Source: Tubulanus polymorphus
Lineage: Eukaryota > Animalia > Nemertea
Reading direction: 5' to 3'
DNA: 64,000 nt
Assembly: GCF_964204645.1 (NCBI RefSeq)
Contig: NC_134028.1
Span: 23,308,345 to 23,372,344, forward strand
Part shown: piece by piece, positions 27,201 through 40,400 of the stretch
Layout: each line of letters starts with the position of its first letter
Position numbering within the stretch: the stretch's first letter is position 1
Translations under genes and position numbers: made by a program
The notes under the pieces: model-generated
What the model saw: only the letters and a program-made list of their open reading frames with translations
What the model was told of the DNA's origin: nothing
The model's database searches: none

Positions 27201-30022
27201 CACTCCGAACAATCATTATCAATTTAAGGAAGTTGATATCGAAACTTTATCCCTAAATTCTAAGGTCACCGGTTTGTACGTATACGTGCCGTGCCTCGTA
27301 ATGAATCAGTTCGGTCGCCTAATTAAACTTGAGAATCGACGGATAACCTTTCACGAAGTCATTCCAGTACCGGCGGTAAATGAACCCTGTAACGCCGCAG
27401 AAATATTCAACATTCCACGCAACAAAACCCCGTTACCTGCCTAGCACATCCCGATACATGTAATACAAAGAAGATACTAACTTCGACATAGTTTCGTTAA
27501 GTATTTGTTGATATAAATATTTCGTAAACTATGCATAAACCGGCACAAAATAACTCTTATAAAACACTTCAACAATCGAGAGAGAGAGAGGGAACGCATA
27601 GGTCAGAAGTATACCAGTACAAAATGATCTGAATTCCACCGGAATACTTTCAATAGACATACCGCATTGGATTGATTTACATTCAGGCACGGATCCACAG
27701 GGTCTTTTTGTGGGCCTTTTACTAGTTTTTTCAGTGGGCATTTTCTGAATGAAACTAATCTACTGCCTTATCAAATAGGATCTTCTCCCATAATCAGCAG
27801 AGCAAGGATATGTTTTATACTTGGAAATGCTGTTAAGAATGAATATCACCCGCCCAAAATTGCTAATACGCCTCCAAGAATGTATTTTCAAGTATCAAAA
27901 ATATCCTTAAATGTGTCACAAGATCTTCGAAACTAGTCGTCTGATCCAACCCTTACATTATTAAAGGTATGTACAGAATCTTTATTAAAAAAAAGGCCAC
28001 TTACTTCGGACTAGTATCTTGTACTAGATGTGATAACTCATCTAACGTCGCTGATCGTCCGTGTTTAATCAGTATTCGATCCTCGATCGTCGCGTGGCTG
28101 TGTTCGGCTAACGGCGAGATTTTATCCTCTTGCTCCGCGACGACAGACGGACTCGATTCGCCGCCGTGATACGACGCGGCGATCGGTAACTCTAAATCCA
28201 GGGATAGTCCTTTCGTTGCGGTTCCGCGCATATCGCCCGATGAGTCCGCGCCGTTGTTAAGTCCCGCGTCGTACGCGTCCTTGCCGTTATTATTGCCGTG
28301 ATTGTCCTTGACCGCGTCCTGTTTACGCAGACGCCCGACGACCGGGTTGACTAGAGCACGCGGTTTCTCCACCGACTTACTGCGCGGTCGCGCGGCCGCG
28401 CGCGCGAATTCTTTCACCACCGATTTCTCGTCGCCCGGCGTGCTCGCCACCGAGAATTTACCGGTGTCGTTGAAGTCGTCGGTCGACAATTCCATATCGA
28501 GCATCATGTCGTCGGAATTCAAACTGCAAATACTCGTGCTGCTCGTCAGCGGTATCGAGTCCATCGACGCGAGCGGCGCCGCCGAGAAATACGGACTGCC
28601 CGGAATAGAGTCGGTGTTCAGGGTATCGCCGAATGAACCGCACAACGACACGCGTTTCTTCTTACCGCCCGATTGTTTACGTTCTAAACTCGACGAAATT
28701 TCCGCGCCGTTATTCGTTTGCGGTTCTAAGAAAACCGCGGAATCCGTACTGATATCGGCGTTGTTATTGTTTTCGTTCGCGTCTGCCGCGATCGTAGCCT
28801 GCGCTTCCGATAAATAGTTCGATAAATAGTTCGCGTTCTGTTCCTCAAGTTTAACGCTGACCGTACTACTGGAACCGGAATCGGTCGAGCTATCGATCAG
28901 GTTCTCTTCGCGTGCCTCCTCACACGTCGACACGGCCGCTTGTCCCATCGTCGCCGCCGTTTCCGCGACGCTCTTCTTCGTTTGATGATTGTGATGATGT
29001 ACTAATCCGTACATGCGATTGCGACACGTATTCGGCGACGGGTACGGACTGTTGTTCGACGTCGCGAAGTGATTCGTCGGTTTCTTCAAACCGACCGACT
29101 TCTTCTCGCCGGTCGGTTTCGACCCGTAGCCGTACGTCTGATAGGCGCCTCGCGCGTTCGGCAATCGACCCGTCGGTCGAACGTCCGCGTACGTTTTATA
29201 ACCGGTGTCCGACGGATCTTTCGTGTCGGTTTTTTTCGCCGGTGTCGAATTCTTGCTGCGCGGACTGGCGGCGGTCGCGCGCGCGTTCATTCCATTCGTC
29301 GACTGCACTGATCTAGCCGGCGGTGTCGTCGTCGTCTTCGTTGCAGACGGTATTTTATTCTGATAACGACGAGCGCCTGTCGTCGTTGAACATTGATCCG
29401 CTTTCAGCGTTTTGTGAACCTCGACAATGTTGTTGTATTCACCAGAAACAGGTCGTTTCGAAACCGGTCGAAGTTTACTTCCCGTCGATATCTGTGCAGT
29501 AGTCGACGTCTTACTATTATCAGAAGGAATTTCACCGCTATTCAGTTTGTCAGTACTGCTCCGCTTAATACTCTCGCGTTGTCTATTTTTATTCTCATCT
29601 GCCGCCGCTGTTGTTGCTGCCGCTGTTGCTGAAATGTTTTCCGAACTACTACGATTACTACCGATATTATTCATGTTAAATCCGAAACGTTTCGCTTGTT
29701 TATTGATCTGCGTTTGTTTCGTCGTCGATTTATTGCCGTTTTTCGCGTCCAACGATTGGTTGCTGCCGCTGCGGTTCAAACTCGACGAATTCGACGAGAC
29801 GCTGCCACGCGGCGAACCCGATTTCGGACGCGGGATTTTATTCGCCGAATCCGACGGCGTCGGACTCGGGCTGCGGCGCACGGTCGGCGTCGTCGGTCGT
29901 TGCATGGCGATTTTCGACGGGGGTTTCAGGCCCCGATGAGGCTTTTTCAGGTTACTCGAAGGTCCAGGCATCGCGTAAGGCTCGTTTCCGTCCTTGTTCT
30001 TGCTCGAGTAGCATGACCCCAT
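18229..30022 (-). CDS. CCSER2: Coiled-coil serine-rich protein (CCSER1/2, FAM190-like), about 941 aa, 9 coding exons
   Basis: Exons (minus): 30022-28005, 26114-25928, 25065-25021, 23875-23729, 23286-23197, 23065-23009, 22523-22462, 18797-18749, 18399-18229. All are GT-AG and frame-consistent, ending ...TDTQIKI*. CCSER-like block LDGHQYRQAMQDVTNVKTMLHKLKRILQD-EDIRSPF, then coiled coil ENDDLRQQVAQLKLQLDEREQTIKLLQQQM and STQTE. The last three exons rest on splice signals and frame only. Confidence 0.75.
18457..18709. mobile_element. MITE, CAGGGGCGGATC family, 5-bp TSD
   Basis: TIRs CAGGGGCGGATCTAG / CTAGATCCACCCCTG. TSD GGGAT on both sides. Confidence 0.8.
18907..19369. mobile_element. hAT-like MITE
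   Basis: CAGTGTTCTC ... GAGAACACTG termini, plus an internal inverted repeat (ggggctgcattc...tgtgac / gtca...gaatgcagcccc). Confidence 0.55.
21913..22238. mobile_element. MITE, CAGGGGCGGATC family (degenerate)
   Basis: CAGGGGCAGATCC ... GGATCCGCACCTG. TSD is not clear. Confidence 0.6.
23960..24290 (+). repeat. Intronic minisatellite, unit about 24 bp (CCCACAATAAGAAAGAGAAAACAT), roughly 14 copies
   Basis: Directly visible tandem units; they explain the low-complexity ORFs at 23797-24276. Confidence 0.9.
24732..24964. mobile_element. MITE, CAGG(G/C)GCGGATC family, 5-bp TSD
   Basis: CAGGCGCAGATCTAG ... CTGGATCCGCGCCTG. TSD TAGGG. Confidence 0.75.
26528..26720. repeat. Palindromic (foldback) element
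   Basis: Arms ...gttattgttttttttctcacgattcaggggaatccttcc / ggaaggattcccaccagaaacgtgagaaaaaa...aataacag are reverse-complementary. Confidence 0.6.
28005..30022 (-). CDS. CCSER2: CCSER-like gene, large first coding exon (Ser/Thr/Lys/Pro-rich disordered region)
   Basis: 673-aa ORF with higher GC than its flanks. Acceptor CAG upstream (exon starts 30049), ATG at 30022, donor GTAAGT after 28005. Confidence 0.85.
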
Positions 30023-33000
30023 TCAGGGAGTTAAAAACACGCCACAAACCTGCGCAGAGAAAACATCACAATTAAAAAGCGAATTCATTGTACACCGCAT
30101 AGTGCAGTGACCGGGTACACCGATATTAAACTCAATCTTGGCTTCGTTATTGTGGGATTTCTCTCAAACAAAAAACAACAGTTGATGATTTAAAAATTTG
30201 TTTTGACAGTTTGAAGTTGTGGCTAAACTTCATCATCAGAGAAACGAAATTGATAAAACGAAAAAAATAATTTTTTTCTGCTTTGATGATGAAGTTATTA
30301 GTCGAAATTTTGAAACTATTTGAGAATGAATAGTTGAATCATCAACAGTGAGTTCTGCTCATTAGCCCAGTACAACATTGCCTCGCGCGATAATTTCTAA
30401 TTCATAAAATGAAAACATGTGTTAAATGACATATGCGCCGCGACAATCTTTTTCAAAAAAAGATCAATGACACTTGCTAGTGTAAAGCCGGTTCAATTAC
30501 TGATCTAGTGTCAGATTATTTCTACTAAAATAATGATTATACATCATGAGCTGTTGGTACCGTCTAAATTATACAAGACTGTCAACCGAAGAAAGTACTA
30601 TCAGTCACGAGCCAAATTTCTTTTGGTGGAAGATTTTGTCGAAATATAAAAGAACGTGTTCAAATCAATCGGTAATCTATGGTAAGATTAATCTTTCAAA
30701 TTTCTGTACGCATCAAACAAATTTCACAGCAGAATTTCTCAGGACAAAATAGTAACAAAACACTGAAAATCAGGAATTGTTGGCAGCCATTCTGCATATT
30801 ATGGCCTCTGAATATACACGATGCACAAGACAAATATCTTCTTAACATAAATACCAAATCTCTTATAAAAAATTCAAAATGTCAAGTATTGAATTATATG
30901 AGTCAGGGGGCCGATGGGTGATTCACATTTCATGAGAAAATATAAGAAAGCCAAGCGTTACAATTTGATAGTCCTTGCACGCTGAAAATGACTTGAAGGA
31001 TTTGAACGATCGCAAATTTACCTCTATAATCCATTATTACACCACGAGATATTTTCGATAATTCCGATGATAATTTCCGAAATCAGTACAAATCCGACAA
31101 CGGATTATTACTGGTATTAGTCCTATAGCCTATCCTAGCAAGAATAATCCGGGCCCGACGTTAGACATTGTCTACTGAACTGTGGTGAACTTCTTTCAGC
31201 CTATATTTATACATACACAATCATATCTCATTGAAGAATAAGCGAGATATTTTTTTGTCTGGTTCGCATTCGTGTAAAGGGTAAACACACGCAGCAGAAT
31301 AACTGGATATGAATAAAAAATCAATTCATTAAGCGCAGGAGCCTTACACTTCTTGAAGCCTATGAAACCAGGATATGTAGTGTAGGTATTATTTAAGGGT
31401 TTTACACAATTCATTGTCAAGAACTCACAAACACTCATTTCATGTGAACATCATTCTATAATTGCACTAATTGGTAGCAATCATTAGACATACCAAATTA
31501 CTGTTTGTTTAAGCTGATATAACTGAATGCATCCATGCACATTCCTTATGGTAATAAATTAACATACTTTCATTGTGTGAAATTAGCATGTGTGCCTTAA
31601 ATCAGTAATGTCAATCATAATCAGAATGTCATTTCATCAAAACTTTCCGGTAGAAGAAATTCATTCCATAACTGTTAGTTTTAAGTGTATCACTAAACAT
31701 GCTGTCAAAATAAACAATTAGCGGCTTTCAATTTCTATGTGCGTTCATATACAGACAGACTATACAAAGACAAAGGAGATTCTCAAGACTGAAGACATCA
31801 AGCGTTACATCTACACTTAAGAACAGAAAGCTAAAACATTTAGTGCTCCCACTGGCAAGACATACACGGTTATTCATTAAGTACATCGAGCTAATTTCCA
31901 AACCCTTCCCTCACCATACATGATATTAAGAAAGAAAACCCAAGCATATGTACTTTATGAATAGCCAATAAGACGCACGGTAAATATATCAGATCTTATG
32001 TACTCGTATGGCCTATACATTTTTAGTGTTTTAGAGGAGTGCCAGCCCTGTCATTTGTCACATCCACCTCTGTTCAAAATCAGCCATCCCTATTACAACT
32101 TCTGCTGCCCCTGAATTGATGTCAATGTTATTTCAATACTGATTATTGTTTCGTCCAGCAGCGAGTTAGCTAATGTGACGGAAAGCAGCAGATTGCCCTG
32201 AAAATAAGTTTAATTTTCACTATTTTGGAGGTGGAGCCCAAAGCGTCTGGTGTTGACGACGACAATATCACTCAAATTCGGAATCAATGCAGCCCCTCTA
32301 AAAATCGAACACGATCGACAACACTTATTTTTTTTCAAATACGACACAACATGAAATTGAAGGCAAACATCTAGTGAATTATAAGCATAAGTAACGAGAC
32401 GATGAGCGCTGTGAGTGATAATAATAGATACACGTGAGAACACAGATTGAGTCTAATAAACTAAAACAACCATTACCTGGTCTGTATTGACCATCGGATA
32501 TCGGAATTCTGCAAGAAATAATAAACGCACAAATATTTTTACTCACCGACGATGAAAATAAGGCGATGGAAGCCTCCGTAACGGTAAGAAGTTGGACTCT
32601 GTATATAGGCTTGACCTTAATGTTCACATAAGGAGCTAGTGTATTAGTAGGCCTACAAGTGTGTGTATATGTAAGGTCTAATTCTCTCTGACAGATAATT
32701 GATTGTTTTATCACAAATATGTACACATAATCTGATTGATTTTTGTACATGAAAGGTTCGATCCTATTGTTTGTCATGCAATCATAAATATTAACCTCAT
32801 TGTAAATGGCTCTGTGGTCAAGGAGTGTCAGGTCTTGAGAAGGAACAGTTTTTGTTTGAAGTAAATAATCTGCCATTGAAAGTTACTCAAGCGACTTTAT
32901 ACGGTATTATTTATCAATGAGTTAAGGTCAAGAATTTTTTATTTTTAAAAAAATTATGATATGAATCAAAACTTTTTCAACAAAAGCAAGCAAGTTAGTT

Positions 33001-33663
33001 CATACAAATATGACTAACAACCTCAGACTAATTGGGACTAGGGCTTAGGTCAATTTATGATAGCTCCAAATGATTACCAAATTTCTGAGTAGGGATCCCT
33101 AGACAAGATTAGCTAGTAACCAGTCCATGGTTTACTTTCACATTCCGATATTTTCACAAACCACCCTAGGCCTATAAGCCAATCCTTTTGTAAAAGCCAT
33201 CAATAGGTCATTAAAACTAACTGTTGTCCATTAGACATAAGAAAGTATCAAAATAACAACAGATCAGTAACTAGATTACTAAACCTAAAACCCATGTTTA
33301 AAGCACATTGTCGATCACAATCTAGAAAACCTGTCCTCAACCTTGTTATGACCACCAGAGCCGACCCCCTCCTTGACCTTTTAAAATAGGCTAAAGCATT
33401 GATTAGACACGACACATGGAACCAGCATGTCAATGATGCCGTAAATGATGTAATAATCTTGATCAGTCGACGGAACTCGCCTTAGTACCGATCCCGATAC
33501 CACGATTAGAGCACCAGCCCCAACTACCACCATCCACTCCACCGACAAACCAACAAATTAACAAACCAACCACCACCAGCGCAAAAATACTGGCTCTATT
33601 TTAAACGATGTTATTTCATTATCTTTTTGAATAATAGCAGGTTCTTAAACACGGCGCACTTAC

Positions 33664-33800
33664 CACTTCTAAAAACAAAATCATAAACGCATATTTCATG
33701 GATTCGTCAAAAGATGTGGTTAAGATTTATCAATCAGCAGTTCTGCCTGGTTTCATTTGATGTCATCCATTTCCGCATCGATGGTGGTTGACACATTAAC
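33664..33800 (-). other. Probable non-coding first exon of the CCSER-like gene (5' end approximate)
   Basis: Strong donor GTAAGT on the minus strand at 33663-33658, next to the CCAAT-rich promoter and upstream of the 30049 acceptor. Confidence 0.45.
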
Positions 33801-33829
33801 CCCTTCCTCTCGGTCTCGATCTTCCAGAC

Positions 33830-34090
33830 TTCCAATCAAATTTTTTCGATTCAAACATCAATAGAGGAAATTTAAATCGAGATTTTAGAAAAATATCCCG
33901 AAATTTAGAAATTTAGAAGGCCGATAATGGAATATCCAATGTAAAGCAAATAAATTATTGCAACGGTGACAAAAAACCTGACCCTAATCTCAAGGTCGTG
34001 GCATACAGAATATGCTAATTGGACTCGCTAATTGGCTATCAATCATCTCGCCAAACTCGCAAACCAATCAGAAGCCGCATAACATCCGTC
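33830..34090. promoter_or_regulatory. Bidirectional CCAAT-box promoter shared by CCSER-like (minus) and annexin unit 1 (plus)
   Basis: CCAAT/ATTGG at 33832, 33936, 34018, 34031 and 34064. Divergent donors at 33663 (minus, GTAAGT) and 34118 (plus, GTGAGT). Confidence 0.55.
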
Positions 34091-34460
34091 ACTCGGCGGA
34101 GAGTTCCTTGACTGTCCGTGAGTATTTTGTTGATAAAATCTGGTTTTAAAAGGCATTTATGTCAGTCTTCCCCTTTTTAATCAGCAATAATAACTTCAGA
34201 TTGATTCATTCGTATTTATTACAAAGTGAATATATTACAACCATACCCGTGCATTAGCTGTCAATATTATTTTGGGCGTTGTTAATATGTAATATGTTTT
34301 TGAGGTGGCAGCACCGTACGGTTCGCGTTGAGTTGTCAAACTACTGTCAGACCACCTGTTGTTTGTTTTGTCCCCTCTTACCCTTGCTGAATTTAATTTG
34401 CGGTAAGATTTTGTCACGTAGGGATATTTCTTCCACAGTTAGTCGTATCAGAACGTCAGC

Positions 34461-37422
34461 ATGGATTACTATGGACATGGCGGCCATAAAAAACACAAGA
34501 AACACAAAGTGAAAAGTCACCACCGGAGCAGTTCATCATCGTCGTCATCTTCGAGTTCCGACGATGAGCATAAAAGGTGGAAGAAAGAAGAGAAGAAAAA
34601 GAAGAAGTTGATGAAAAAGGTAAATTCTTCCATATCTTGGCATGAACTCCAGAACGCTATTTTCCTTGCCTCGAGCCTATGCAGATTATGCATCAATCGA
34701 AAAATTTCAATAAGTTTCAATTTGTCTCTCTTGATGCTAAAATTCTGGGGTGTTTGTTTTAACCAGAATACACTCTACCTATTCTGAAAAAGCTCACTTT
34801 GTAAACCTAATAGAACGGGCCGGTAGAGAGTTTCTAATCCGGAATTTATGATCCTAAACGGGAATCGGCTCAATCGAAACGTCTTGCCTCAGTTAGTATA
34901 TCAGGCCTAACTCTGATTTTAACGCAATTTTATTGATTTTATTGTAGGGATTACTACCACCAGGGGGACAGGTAAGAACAATGTTTATTGTATTAATGAA
35001 TTCAATGTCATTAGATTTCTTTCATCGTTCATTCTGCTTGAATATCGCTTGAAACACTTCAACTGCCAAAATAGCCATATATGGTGCTAAATACAGTCAA
35101 ACTCACATACCGGGTAAGTTGTCAAGACAAGTCAGTTGTCAGTGATCTATCTATCGATGAAATGTTACTGAAAAAAAATTCAATTTTGTAATTTGTTACT
35201 GATAGCACTTTTCAGTGGTTGGCAGCCCTGGTCACAACTGCAACGACTTTAAAAAAAGCCAATTTGACTGTATTTCCAGTTGAAGTGTTTCTTATCTAAA
35301 CTCGCTGCTATTCAAATCATTATTGTCATTTCATAGGCCTATCCTGTTCAAACTGGATATCCTTACGGTCAGGTATGTTTTGAATGTGTGTGTGTGTGTG
35401 CGCATGTGTTGTTTAGAGTAAAACCCTGTATAGCTGCCTTTCGTTTGGCTGACCGAGTCAACTGATGAATCACAATATCCGTGATGAAACAATAAATGTG
35501 AAATCCCACAATTGTTGAAAGACTGAAAGTTTATTTAGAATACTAGAAATAACCACCCTTCTTCGGTCTAAAAATTATACGTCAAATAAGCACACAGTGT
35601 ATAAATGTAACATATCAGTTAAGACACTGATCTTTGGAAATGTGTGCTGCGTTGGCTGTCTTTTCATATTTACGATAATTTGGTATCAGACGCGGAAAAA
35701 GCAACGTGAAGAATTTCAAAACAAATTGAAAATCTGTGGGTAGGATGATGAATCAGTAAGCAGCTGATGTAACTGACACTTCGTTCAGTCCATCATTATC
35801 TCAATCAAACGGATTCAGTCACAATCAATATGGCTGAACCCAGTAATTAGTAACTCATACGGAATACTGCACATATTCAACTGACCCCAGAACTGGTTCT
35901 GAGTTGTCTATCAAGGATTCTGAGTTGACTCGGTCTACCAATCTAACACAGCTTATATGTATCTTGTTGCATGTTTTCCCCTACAAATCTATTGCCTGGA
36001 TTTTTTAAGGGTCTGAATCACTGTTTGATGATTTGTGTATGATGTATTTCAGACAGGATATCCTACTGGAACTCATCCACCTCCACCCGGAGGACCTGGT
36101 GGATACCCTCAAGCTGGTGTCCCCGGATACCCTCCGCAAGGAGGAGCTTATCCCCCACAGGGCGCGGGATACCCTCCTCAGGGTGGGGCTTATCCTCCGC
36201 CGCCGCAAGGTGGAATGCCCGGTGGATACCCACCTCAAGGTAATTATGGCATAAGAATTAGGCATTTTTGCTACCAATGGTATTTTTCCTGAAGATTATT
36301 GATTTACTTTCATTTCTAGGTGGTTATCCCGGTTACCCCGGTGGACCCCCACCACAAGGAGCACCACCGTTTACTGCTCCTCCAGGCGGTATGCCTCCAG
36401 GTGGAGCACCACCATTCACCGCGCCTCCACCAGGACAGCCGGGTTACCCATACCCTCAATGTAAGTCTTCCGATTACACTCTTTTTTTGCTAACATGATA
36501 TTCCTTAAAGTAAGCATCCAAAATGATTACTTTAAGGATATTACTTATTTGTTATTATTCCAGTATTGCTTATTATTTAGATCTAATGCTTTTCATAGAA
36601 CTAACTTCACTATTGTCATTCATTACGGGTGTTGTCCAATGCTGGTAGCGTTTCAAATAGTGTTATTCTGATCATTCAGTTAATAAATGTTGTTTCCATT
36701 CCTTTTTTGAACACTGAATCACGCCATGCTTTTGATAAATATCTGTATGTAGTGTTTTATAGCTTCCTAGTCAGCAACCCGATCGTGGTTTAGTTTCATG
36801 ATCGGTTATTTTCACAAACCACACAGTTGGTGTAAGCTCATCCGATTATGAAAGCTTACCACAAACGATAAGTTCACTAACTTAGTTCGTCACTTAGTCA
36901 CTAGCTTAGTACCTAGACATCAGGGGCCAGTTGCTCAAAAGTTGGTTAAAGATGACGGGCGGATGAATACTAACGATGTACTTTTAATTGTCACTATGTC
37001 AACTATCTACTGGTAAATTCTAACAAACTTTTGAACAACTGGCTTCAGAATGTGACCATTTTGCACGTAGCTTTAATATTTTTTCACTCAATGGAAAGGT
37101 TTGTCATCGAATATATAATTATATATGTATCCTAACTCATGAGCTTTCCTGATGGAAGAGTATTAGAGAAAAGTACGATATTTCTATTGTAAACTCAATA
37201 AAACCCATTTGGATGTACAGTAAACCTCACCTTACGCGGACATGGCCAACTTGGACCAAACCGAAATAATTTTTGTGATTTCCTAATCTTTCCTTCAACT
37301 CGGACTTCACTTACCTCGGACCGGTCCCAGTTAGTCCGAGTTAGGCGATGTTTACTGCGGTGTTTAAAACATTAGTCACTGACGTAGTGATTTTATGTTT
37401 ATTTTCAGATGGTCCGAGGTGA
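34461..37422 (+). CDS. Short isoform or gene of unit 1: about 186-aa His/Lys/Ser plus Pro/Gly/Tyr-rich protein without annexin core (PRR13-like composition)
   Basis: The first five exons splice in phase 1 to a terminal exon at 37409 (ttttcag|AT GGT CCG AGG TGA, giving ...YPQYGPR*). An AT-rich 3'UTR follows, with AATAAA at 37615 and 37623. Confidence 0.6.
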
Positions 37423-40400
37423 TGATGACACGTATACCGAGACGAACCTTTCCTATGCTTAAATTTTACATTAATGTCTGCCTTTCACTCTTTATATATA
37501 TATATGAAATACATGATTTTTCTGTGATGTCGATCGAAAGTTTTTTCGTGTAAAAATTGTTATTATTATCATTATTATCATTGATATTATTATTTATCAC
37601 GTAAGCGCTGTTAGAATAAACAAATAAATTAAATGAGGTCAGTATGTGCTAAAAAGCTATTCATCTTTACTTAAAGCTACAAAATTATTATACACATAGT
37701 ACATTAGTTCATTTGTTTTATAAATAAATTGAAAATATTCGTATATTTGAATTTAGTTTTTTTTCGTACATTTGATTGTGTTTATTAGGAATGTTCTTTG
37801 ACAGTTCTAACCCACCCCTTATATTGCTTCCTGTACCGGTAAATGCACGTAAATCTAGATACTATGTTGCAATGCATGGTTCAAGTTTTAAAAATACCTG
37901 TGTTAGCATTTCACTGTTAGAAGTTGCTCACCTCTGAAAGGAACAAAGATATTTTCTTCACCATAGGGTAAGCCTCGAATTGATGAATAATAGAAAGTTA
38001 CAATATAATCACCAGTTTTCATTGAGATATGTTTTACAGAAATAAAGTTATGTATCAAGTCTTACAGAAATTGTCTTCTGCCTACTTCAGTACACCTGAC
38101 ATGATTTATACAATTTATGAAGATTAACACATGTTTATCGATCGTTCAACTCAAACTGATAACTTATTATATTTGGTAACCGTTAACTGCTTCACTTCTT
38201 AGATACAGTAACATTTCATATGTCGCTTGATTCACTACGGATATAGAATGCTTTTTCAGCGCTTGTATATTTATCTTAAAATAGCCGGTGTACCGCCACC
38301 TTATACAGCAGCTTACGATAGTTCTGGCCCTAACTATGGTTCTACGGCTTATGGTGCACCGCCAGGTATGTCACAACCTGGTGGTGTCTATAATCAACCG
38401 TATCAACCTCCACCAGGACAGAATATCAGTCCATACGGTAACTATAGTCAATTCTATGAATCTCTTTATCATTATAGTTGTATGTTATATGTCATCGAAA
38501 AATATGTGTCCATATCGCGTGCTTGATTTATATTTCGAACGGTTTTATTTCAGCCCAAGTTGGAGGGATTGGTGCCCCATCCCAGCAAGTGCCAGTGGGT
38601 TACCCAAATCAGCCACCGCAAGCTTCGGGTTATCCCGGAGGTCCACCTGGGCACCCTGGAGGCCCACCTGGACAGCCCGGTGGTCCACATCCAGGCCAAC
38701 CTGGAGGTCCACCTCCAGCTGCGACGGGTAAACCACAGGTGAATTGAACTTTTAGCTCAACTGTGGTCAGCTCTTTAAAAAAACTGTAAAAAATAAGTTT
38801 TTAAATCATGAAAATGTGTGAAAAATTCAAGAAGAATGTCTGTCAAAATATTTTCTGATCCCTTTTTTTCATATACCATGGAATATACCTCAGAATTTAT
38901 GCACACATTGTGTTTAGGAAATGTTATTGTCCAAATTGTGATCAGTAATCGCTTATGTTATTGTGCATAAAACAACTGTCTTCTTCTTAAGGGTGGAATG
39001 GATCCTAATGTGGCTGGAGCGACTGCTATGGTTGGAAAAATGCAGATTTATGGCGAACAATTTGTTGGCACAGTATTTCCAGTGCAAGGTTTCAACGTTG
39101 AGAAAGATGCTGAAATACTAAGAGCTGCTATGTATGGAGCGGGTAGGTGTCACTAGTTTGATAGTGCAGCAGTTTTGCTATTATTTCACTAATTTCACTA
39201 TTTATTTGAAGGAACCGATGAACAAGCCATAATTGATGTCGTGAGCAAACGTTCAAATCAGCAACGACAAGCTATTAAGAAGACTTTCAAAACAATGTAT
39301 GGAAAGGTCAGTTTTTACTGGTAAAGTTTAGGGACTGATTTTATTGACTGGTATTTTCCTTAACTCGAGTGTTATCTCAATTGAAGTATTGATATCATTC
39401 TTTAAAACAGGGCCCAGGAATTTCTCCTTTGTTGATGATTAAGCTTTATCTATAAAACATTATATCCCTTACTTTTTGTCTAGGATTTGATAAAAGATCT
39501 TAAGTCTGAATTGAGTGGAGACTTTGAGGAAGTGATATTAGCATTGTTCGAGCCTACAACATTTTACGACGCTTGGTCTCTGCGGAAAGCGATGCAGGTA
39601 TGTCTCTCTTAGACATCCCCTTAAACATGACCCGTACCGGGTATTTTAAAACGGAATATGAATGTTTTTTTTCTAAATGTATGTCCAGGGTGCTGGCACT
39701 GCTGAGGGCGTTCTTATTGAAATATTGTGCACACGAACCAATGAGGAAATTCGAGAAATCATCGAATGCTATAAACACAGTAAGAAACCCTGATATGACC
39801 TCTGCAACTGGAATAAGAAGTTATGTGAATTGTTAGTCTTATTTCTATATCTATTTTCAAGAACTTGGACGTGACTTGGAGAAAGATATAGTCAGCGAAA
39901 CTAGTGGTCACTTCAAACGTTTACTCGTGTCTTGTTGCCAGGTAAAAATCAATTGGAATACCTGTGTATGTTGAAAAATATCTGTGTAGAATACTTTGAT
40001 GATATTCTTGTATGTAATTTCTCAGGCTAATCGCGCTGAATTGACACCCGCCGATTGGGAGAAGGTCTTCAAATCCGGGCCCCAGTCGGTTATAGACAGA
40101 GATCTAGCCCAAAAAGAAGCTCAACAATTGTTTGAAGCCGGTGAACAGAAACTGGGAACAGACGAATCGACATTCCTGCGTATAATGGCTATTCGACATT
40201 TCTATCAACTTCGAGCGACATTTGAGGAATATGCTCGGGTAGGCCTGATAGATTTTCATCTGACAATAGCACAAAACTGGGTCGTCTTTTAGACTGGCAA
40301 CTGATAAAATCAAAACTCACTACATGAAAATTTAAAGATTACAAGCAAAATTTATTCATCAAAGGTTAATTCAAAAAATTGAAAGATACAATGTTTCAGA

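Noticed and set aside
28302-30016. Plus-strand ORFs of 79-171 aa
   Set aside because: They are antisense shadows of the GC-rich CCSER exon.
32379-32876. 165-aa minus-strand ORF
   Set aside because: AT-rich intronic sequence with no recognisable motif or splice support.
37961-37972. CCATAGG|GTAAG as a separate start exon for the unit 1 annexin core
   Set aside because: There is no ATG and no homology to the promoter block of units 2-4; a non-coding exon here remains possible but is unsupported.
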